From assembly GCF_001194135.2 (NCBI RefSeq), contig NC_068982.1:67468497-67512725 (forward strand): a stretch of DNA of 44,229 bases, read 5' to 3'. The DNA is from Octopus bimaculoides. Its lineage: Eukaryota. Below are positions 37,000 to 44,229 of this stretch, piece after piece. The translations under genes and the position numbers were made by a program. Numbering within the stretch: position 1 is the first letter of the stretch; each line of letters begins with the position of its first letter. The notes under the pieces were generated by a model that was not told where the DNA came from, made no database searches, and saw nothing but the letters and a program-made list of their open reading frames with translations.

Positions 37000-38998
37000 T
37001 CATCGAAATGTTGGAATGAGAACCCAGGTTCGAAATTTCCCCAAGATACCTGATGAAGACTTTGTAAATAATGTACATAATTCCTCATCTCTTAAATATA
37101 GAACTGTATTATTTGCTCAAGGTGTCATGCAGTGGGATTGAACATGAAGCCATAAGGTTTCAAAGTAAGCGTTTTAACCTCACAACCATGAATACCTCGA
37201 CACAGTTTCTTTCTTAGTTAGGTTCTTTCGGGTTTCATTATTTTTTGTTCAGTTCAATTTTCTCCTTAATTGAACAGACAATGTGTTCGGACAGATTTTT
37301 ACTTTTCTGTTTATATTCCTTGATTTTTGCCCATTTCCGTTCCCCTGCCTTATACTTTTTGCACCCACTTCTATACAACAATATAAATATAGAACCTGTA
37401 AACTAAGAGACGGACAGACCCGAGGCATCCCGGGAGTAGAGACGATATGTCATCGATAAAGTCGCGATTGGTGAAGAAAGGACGTGAATGATCGACTGAA
37501 AGATTAGTCAAACAATCTATTAATTAACTGGTTAAATAGTTAACTATTTGACAAATAAATAATTATGAAGTGAAATAAAACCTGTACATTACTGGCATAA
37601 TGACCCTCCTGAGCAAAAAAAACAAAAACGTTTCAACACACGAGCGCACATCAATAATCTTGCAAACCAAATACAAAAACAATATATTGATTGATATAAA
37701 TACCAGCTCATACCGTTTAGTGTATATACGCAACGTCTGTGTTTTTTTTTTTCCAGGACTTAGTAATTTTCGCCTTGCAGCAATATTTGGATAATGAGCA
37801 ACTGCGTACAGAATAGTCTTGTCACCCTACGTGCTTTTCGAACGAGCCTGGCTGCTGGTGCTACCAAAAAAATGTTCTACCATAGGCAGGGAGGGGTCTG
37901 GTCGACTGCATCGACACCAGAACTTGATTGATACCTCTTTATTTCATCGTCCCCCAAAGGATGAAATGCAAATTTGACCTCAGTGGGAATTGTGCTCGGA
38001 ATGTAAAGAACCAGAAGAATGCCGCTAAGAATGTTATCTAACTATTCTGTCCACTTGCCGCCTCATGCTACTTAACAATGACAACAACAATGAAGGCTTC
38101 AAATTTTGGTGTAAGGAAAGTAATCTTGAGGGGAGAGGGCAAGTCGATTACATCATTTCAGTGCTTAACTGGTATTTATTTTATCGAACTCGAACGGATG
38201 AAAGGCAAAGTCTACTTCGCGAGAATTAGAACTCAGAACGCAAAGCCGAAAGAAATGCCACTAAGCACTTTGGCGTGCTAACAATTCTGTCNNNNNNNNN
38301 NNNNNNNNNNNNNNNNNNNNNNNNNNNNNNNNNNNNNNNNNNNNNNNNNNNNNNNNNNNNNNNNNNNNNNNNNNNNNNNNNNNNNNNNNNNNNNNNNNNN
38401 NNNNNNNNNNNNNNNNNNNNNNNNNNNNNNNNNNNNNNNNNNNNNNNNNNNNNNNNNNNNNNNNNNNNNNNNNNNNNNNNNNNNNNNNNNNNNNNNNNNN
38501 NNNNNNNNNNNNNNNNNNNNNNNNNNNNNNNNNNNNNNNNNNNNNNNNNNNNNNNNNNNNNNNNNNNNNNNNNNNNNNNNNNNNNNNNNNNNNNNNNNNN
38601 NNNNNNNNNNNNNNNNNNNNNNNNNNNNNNNNNNNNNNNNNNNNNNNNNNNNNNNNNNNNNNNNNNNNNNNNNNNNNNNNNNNNNNNNNNNNNNNNNNNN
38701 NNNNNNNNNNNNNNNNNNNNNNNNNNAAATCCCGTTTAGCACTCTGGAGTGCTAACGCTTTTGCCATATCACCGCCAATAATAATAATCTTTTCTGTTAT
38801 AGGCACAGAGCTTGAAATTTGGGGGAAGGGGATATTCGATTACATCGACCCCAGTACTCAACTGGTACAGTGCTTTCGACCCTGAAAGTATGAAAGGCAA
38901 AGTCATCCTCGGTGGAATTTGAATTTAGAACGTGAAGACGGACGAAATGCTGTTAAGCACCTTACCCGGCGTGTTAACGGTTCTGCCAGCACGCCGTC

Positions 38999-39050
<52 letters not shown>

Positions 39051-39057
39051 TAATAGA

Positions 39058-39491
39058 TGCAATACCAGGCAGTGGCTCACATGACATCTGATCTTAACTA
39101 ATTGGAAATGTTATCATGTACTTTGTTTTGTCTTGGTATAAACGATGGGCTACAGCAAGTATTCTGCTCAATACCACAGATTTGCTTGACCTTAACCAGT
39201 TGAGCATGTCACCTCTGGAAACATGGATGTTTCGTTCATCATCTTTAAACAAACCTTATTCAGGGACCTTTTGAGCGGGATGGGTTACTCAACCCGAAGA
39301 AAATTCTAACTGGGCCCCACCTGCAAGGTCAGGCGCTGTTTATCTTGATATAAGATCACTATGTCGCGCACATATGGTTGTGATGCATGTGCCTGGTGTA
39401 CCCTTATCAGACGGGCAGTCATGATGGGTGTATTGGGCTTCGTATAATTGTACCCCAATGTCACTATGATGGCATGCGCTGCTCTCTCACT
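39058..39491 (+). mobile_element. 5'-truncated retroelement 3' end embedded in (TAA)n arrays
   Basis: Non-repetitive block flanked by (TAA)n at 39001-39055 and (CAA/TAA)n at 39493-39590. I recognise it as an abundant dispersed repeat by recall only. Confidence 0.6.
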
Positions 39492-39777
39492 GAACAACAA
39501 CAACAACAACAATGATAATAATAATAATAATAATAATANNNNNNNNNNATAATAATAATAATAATAACAATAATAATAATAATAATAATATACTTACACA
39601 TTTCAGAGTGTCACTACTTGTTATTTCATACGAAATATCAATTACACCATCAGTCCATTCGCTGCAGGTTTCGGTCAACAAATTAGGATTCGCCAGTTTA
39701 AAAATACTCTGTTGTGATAAATAAATACATAAATAAATGAATAAGTGAAATGAAATTTAAATTCAAATAAACATAGG

Positions 39778-39910
39778 CGCAGGCACAGCTGTGTTGTGAA
39801 GAAGGTCACTTTAAAGCTGCGTGGTTTCGGGCTCAGTTCCACTGCGTGGCACTGCGGGCAAATTACTTCTAATCAGGTAGACAAAAACTGTGTGGAAGCC
39901 CGTCGTACGC

Positions 39911-39945
<35 letters not shown>

Positions 39946-40200
39946 CGTGCGTGTGTCTGTGTGAATGAGTATACGTATATCTTTGGGTTTGTGTTTGTTT
40001 CCTCCCCTGACAACTGATATTGGTTTGTTTACATCTTCGTAACTCAGCGCTTCGACAAAAGAGACCAATAAAATAAGTATCAAACTTGAAAAGCAAGCAC
40101 AAGTACTTGTGTCCTTTTGTTTAACAAAACCTTTTCAAAGTGGTGCTCCAGCATGGCCACTGGTGTTCAATGACCGAAGCAAATTAAAGTTAAAAGATTA
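39778..40200 (+). mobile_element. Near full-length tRNA-head SINE with internal (TG)n
   Basis: Head ggtttcgggctcagttccactgcgtggcac, (TG)n at about 39915-39960, 3' half ending ggtgctccagcatggcc. Confidence 0.8.
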
Positions 40201-41379
40201 AAGCTTTATTAACTAAAGACGTAAATGTAAATTGAAATAGCAAGCTCTTTTCTTTCCTCTCTTAGAAAGAACACTTAATGCAGCCATGGGCATCAGGTTG
40301 AAATAAATCCTGTTGGAATTTGAACTCGGGATATAAAAGGACGAAACTAAATACTAAATGTTTCGGTGTTTCTGAAAATAAATGAATAAATGTCTCACTT
40401 GGTAGCCGATGCTGAGGATCACGAATTAGTCTGAAATGCATTTATCGACCCACTGAAGGCGCCCCGAAATGACTTCGTGTTTTAACGCATGTTTGCTTAA
40501 AGCAAAAAATTTTCTTCACGGCAAATCGCAATGAAAATGACCTTTTTTTGCAGGTCGAATATATCCTAAAATATATTTGGACTGATCTAAAAGAGTGTCT
40601 NNNNNNNNNNNNNNNNNNNNNNNNNNNNNNNNNNNNNNNNNNNNNNNNNNNNNNNNNNNNNNNNNNNNNNNNNNNNNNNNNNNNNNNNNNNNNNNNNNNN
40701 NNNNNNNNNNNNNNNNNNNNNNNNNNNNNNNNNNNNNNNNNNNNNNNNNNNNNNNNNNNNNNNNNNNNNNNNNNNNNNNNNNNNNNNNNNNNNNNNNNNN
40801 NNNNNNNNNNNNNNNNNNNNNNNNNNNNTCAACAACGCGGGTTGATGAACCGTAAGACGTGTGGACAGAACCTCCTGGAAAATAACCATAGCGAGGGACA
40901 TTCCACAGTTGAATTAGAACAATCACAAACAGTGAAAGAAGACATGCACCCAACACCAGAGCTGAAGACACCTCCGAAAGGGGGTGGCCCCGCCACGTCA
41001 AACGGTAGAGGAGTAGGGGCCGAAACCGGACGTGGTTCCTCCTGATGATGTCTTGAGCTAACTGGATCCTATAAAGGAGCTGTTGTGGTAGCAGACCACG
41101 AAACATGGTTGAAATTCCTCCTTCATGAAAAACTTAAGAGAACGACTTAATTTCAGAGCTTTTTGTTCGATGATGGCGAAGGTGAAGGTGATGTTGATGA
41201 CGATGACGATAATGATGATGATAATGATGATGATGATGATGGTGATAATAATGGTTTTAAGGGTGAAAGATTATATTTTCTCGCAAAGGCATATAGGTTT
41301 CTCTTTATACGCAGCATATGAGGCAGATTTCTTTGGGTGTGCATGTAAATCACATTTTTTATATGAAGTGGCAAAACAG

Positions 41380-41923
41380 AAGTAAGAAGAAATGAGAAGA
41401 TAGGAAAGCAGTAATTGAAAGAGAGTGAGAGGGAGGGAGAGAAAGAGAGAAAGAGAGAGAGAGACTGAGAAAGAGAAAGAGACACAGAAAGATAAGGGAA
41501 GAGGAAGAGAGGGGTGAGATAAAGAGAAAGTTAAAGAGAGAGAGAGAGTGAAAATATGGGATGGTGAGAGGTGGAAAATGAGAGTGAAAGTGTGAAAGGA
41601 AGAGATAGCGAGAGAGAGAGAGAGGGAGAGAGAGAGAGAGAGAGAGAGACAATGGGAGAGGAAGAGAAGAAAGAATGAGGTGAGGGGAAGAAAGTGAAAG
41701 AGAGAGAGAGCGGTGTGTGTGAGAGAGAGGTGTGAGAGAGAAGGGTGTGTGAGAGAGGGGTGTGAGAGAGAAGGGGTGAGAGAGAGAGGGTGAAAATATG
41801 AGATGGAGAGTGGTGGAAAGAGAAAGGGGAGAGAGAGAGAAAGAGAGGTGGATAGAGAGAAAGAGGGAGTGAGAGTGTGAGAGGAGAAAGTATAGGGATA
41901 AGGAGAGAGGTGGAAAGAGAAGG

Positions 41924-41958
<35 letters not shown>
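41380..41958. repeat. About 580-bp purine-rich (GA)-type low-complexity tract
   Basis: The + strand is overwhelmingly G/A and runs into an 830-N gap. Confidence 0.95.
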
Positions 41959-42788
41959 NNNNNNNNNNNNNNNNNNNNNNNNNNNNNNNNNNNNNNNNNN
42001 NNNNNNNNNNNNNNNNNNNNNNNNNNNNNNNNNNNNNNNNNNNNNNNNNNNNNNNNNNNNNNNNNNNNNNNNNNNNNNNNNNNNNNNNNNNNNNNNNNNN
42101 NNNNNNNNNNNNNNNNNNNNNNNNNNNNNNNNNNNNNNNNNNNNNNNNNNNNNNNNNNNNNNNNNNNNNNNNNNNNNNNNNNNNNNNNNNNNNNNNNNNN
42201 NNNNNNNNNNNNNNNNNNNNNNNNNNNNNNNNNNNNNNNNNNNNNNNNNNNNNNNNNNNNNNNNNNNNNNNNNNNNNNNNNNNNNNNNNNNNNNNNNNNN
42301 NNNNNNNNNNNNNNNNNNNNNNNNNNNNNNNNNNNNNNNNNNNNNNNNNNNNNNNNNNNNNNNNNNNNNNNNNNNNNNNNNNNNNNNNNNNNNNNNNNNN
42401 NNNNNNNNNNNNNNNNNNNNNNNNNNNNNNNNNNNNNNNNNNNNNNNNNNNNNNNNNNNNNNNNNNNNNNNNNNNNNNNNNNNNNNNNNNNNNNNNNNNN
42501 NNNNNNNNNNNNNNNNNNNNNNNNNNNNNNNNNNNNNNNNNNNNNNNNNNNNNNNNNNNNNNNNNNNNNNNNNNNNNNNNNNNNNNNNNNNNNNNNNNNN
42601 NNNNNNNNNNNNNNNNNNNNNNNNNNNNNNNNNNNNNNNNNNNNNNNNNNNNNNNNNNNNNNNNNNNNNNNNNNNNNNNNNNNNNNNNNNNNNNNNNNNN
42701 NNNNNNNNNNNNNNNNNNNNNNNNNNNNNNNNNNNNNNNNNNNNNNNNNNNNNNNNNNNNNNNNNNNNNNNNNNNNNNNNNNNNNNNN

Positions 42789-42821
<33 letters not shown>

Positions 42822-43389
42822 GTATATTCTATTATTTGTTACAATCATTTGATTGCAGCCATGCTGGAGCATCGCCTTTTAGTCGAATAAATTGACCTCA
42901 GGACTTATTGTTTGCAATTTGTAAGTCTGGTACTTATTCTATCAGTATCTTTTGCCGAACCGCCAAGTTACGGTGACATAAACACATCAACATCGGTTGT
43001 CAAGCGATGGTGGGGGAGGGGGCGAACACAGACACAAAAACACACACATAAACATATACCTCCACGCATTGCCTCCAAGTAAGTTTTATCATAATATTTT
43101 CTACTGCGCACTCTACTACTATTGCTGTCACTTCCCTGTTTTTATCTCTCTCCCTGTCTTGTTCTTCATCCTTTCTGTTTTTCTTTCCCAACCCTCCCCG
43201 ATTCTTCTCTTCCTTTCACCGTTCCCTCTCTCACTCCTCCTCCTTGACCCTCTCGTCGCTGACACGTGACGATAGGGATTCTTTCTCTCTATTTCCTGTC
43301 TTCCTATAGAGAAGACGCGAATTTTTTCACTCTCTAATTAGCGTTCAAAATAATTTTTCTATCGTCTTGGCCTAACAGCCCTTACCGTT

Positions 43390-43497
43390 TGTTCTTACTG
43401 TTCTATCTTGTTTTTACTGTCTTGTTCTCACTATTCTGTCTTGTTCTCACTGTTCTGTCTTGTTTCTACTGTTTTGTTCTCACTGTCTTGTTCTCGT
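43390..43497. repeat. Degenerate minisatellite (ctgtcttgttctcact-type units)
   Basis: About 6 imperfect tandem copies within a pyrimidine-rich stretch. Confidence 0.8.
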
Positions 43498-43652
43498 TTA
43501 CACTTTCACCCTCCTGTACCCATATATGCTTGTATGTATACTTATAGATGTCGGTATGTACATATATGTATGGATATACGCATATAATTATATATTATTT
43601 ATGTTATATATATATATGTTGTTGTAGTTTGTTCCTTCTCGAATGACTATAA

Positions 43653-44025
43653 GGCCTTATAGTCACCCATAATTTAAGCGGCCATGAATTAGATAAACTT
43701 AGGAAGGATCTTATTGTTTTTTTCCCAAAGGATGGGCTTACGGGTTATGATAAATACTAACCTGAAAAGTGTAGATTTTTTAGTTGTATATTTGGATTTA
43801 CAGTCGGATAAATTCAAACCTTACCGTAAGCCTAATGATAAGCTATCTTATATTAGCAAAGAATCCAGTCATCCGCCAGTTATTCTTAGGAACTTAGTCA
43901 GTAATGTAGGTAGACAAATATCGTCAATTTCTTCGGATGAGGCAGCATTCCAAAATGCCGCACCTTATTATAATAGCGCATTAAGGAATAGGGGATTCTC
44001 TGAGAAGATCCAGTATAACCAACTT
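43653..44025 (+). mobile_element. Penelope-like element reverse-transcriptase fragment (palm end and thumb)
   Basis: GLIVTHNLSGHELDKLRKDLIV, a +1 frameshift in a T run, then RMGLRVMINTNLKSVDFLVVYLDL...KPYRKPND...SKESSHPP...FQNAAPYYNSALRNRGFSEKIQY. VDFLD / YRKP / S.HP are the PLE RT motifs. Confidence 0.88.
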
Positions 44026-44229
44026 AATGAGAATGTGTGTCTGTCTGTCTGTCTGTGTGAATCCCTAAAACTCGAGAACTACGCAACCAATTTCATTCAA
44101 ATTTTACAGATGCCTTACTTAGGGTTCCAGTTGTGTTTTAGTCAAATTTTTTTTTAACTTCTTGCAGAGTTCGAGCCCACGGCAACATAATATCTCCTCC
44201 ACTATTTAAGTATTACGTGTCAAAAGTGA
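44026..44229 (+). mobile_element. Helitron 5' segment, same family as 30477, lacking the extreme 5' TC end
   Basis: Near-identical to 30499-30719. Confidence 0.85.

Noticed and set aside
36758-37141. PolyQ/polyL/polyV protein
   Set aside because: Translation of a (CAA)n microsatellite plus Ns; no splice or domain support.
30700-44229. Both Helitron copies stop at the same base (gtcaaaagtga)
   Set aside because: One enters a gap and the other ends the window. This reflects repeat-induced assembly breaks, not biology.

Overview
AT-rich, gap-riddled animal genomic DNA. The SINE/RTE/MITE/microsatellite landscape looks like a coleoid cephalopod, probably Octopus (inference from recalled repeat families, not a search). 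The only well-supported host gene is the 3' part of a SPATA5L1/AFG2B-type double AAA+ ATPase on the + strand: 7 coding exons between 5757 and 15058, all recoverable introns phase 0, one a probable GC-AG intron. The 5' exon(s) lie upstream of the window. The rest is mostly transposon debris: a mariner relic with TIRs, a decayed piggyBac, a near full-length decayed Chapaev-type transposase split by a SINE and a Helitron, RTE LINE ends with derived short elements, tRNA-head SINEs, MITEs and a Penelope RT fragment. The most notable non-coding signals are a structurally complete minimal hammerhead-ribozyme motif in a Penelope-type fold-back (22.4 kb), related fold-backs, and an unexplained twin-hairpin island at 35.7 kb. 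I found no convincing evidence of a wholly new biological system. All homology calls come from reading motifs by eye, and repeat boundaries are approximate.
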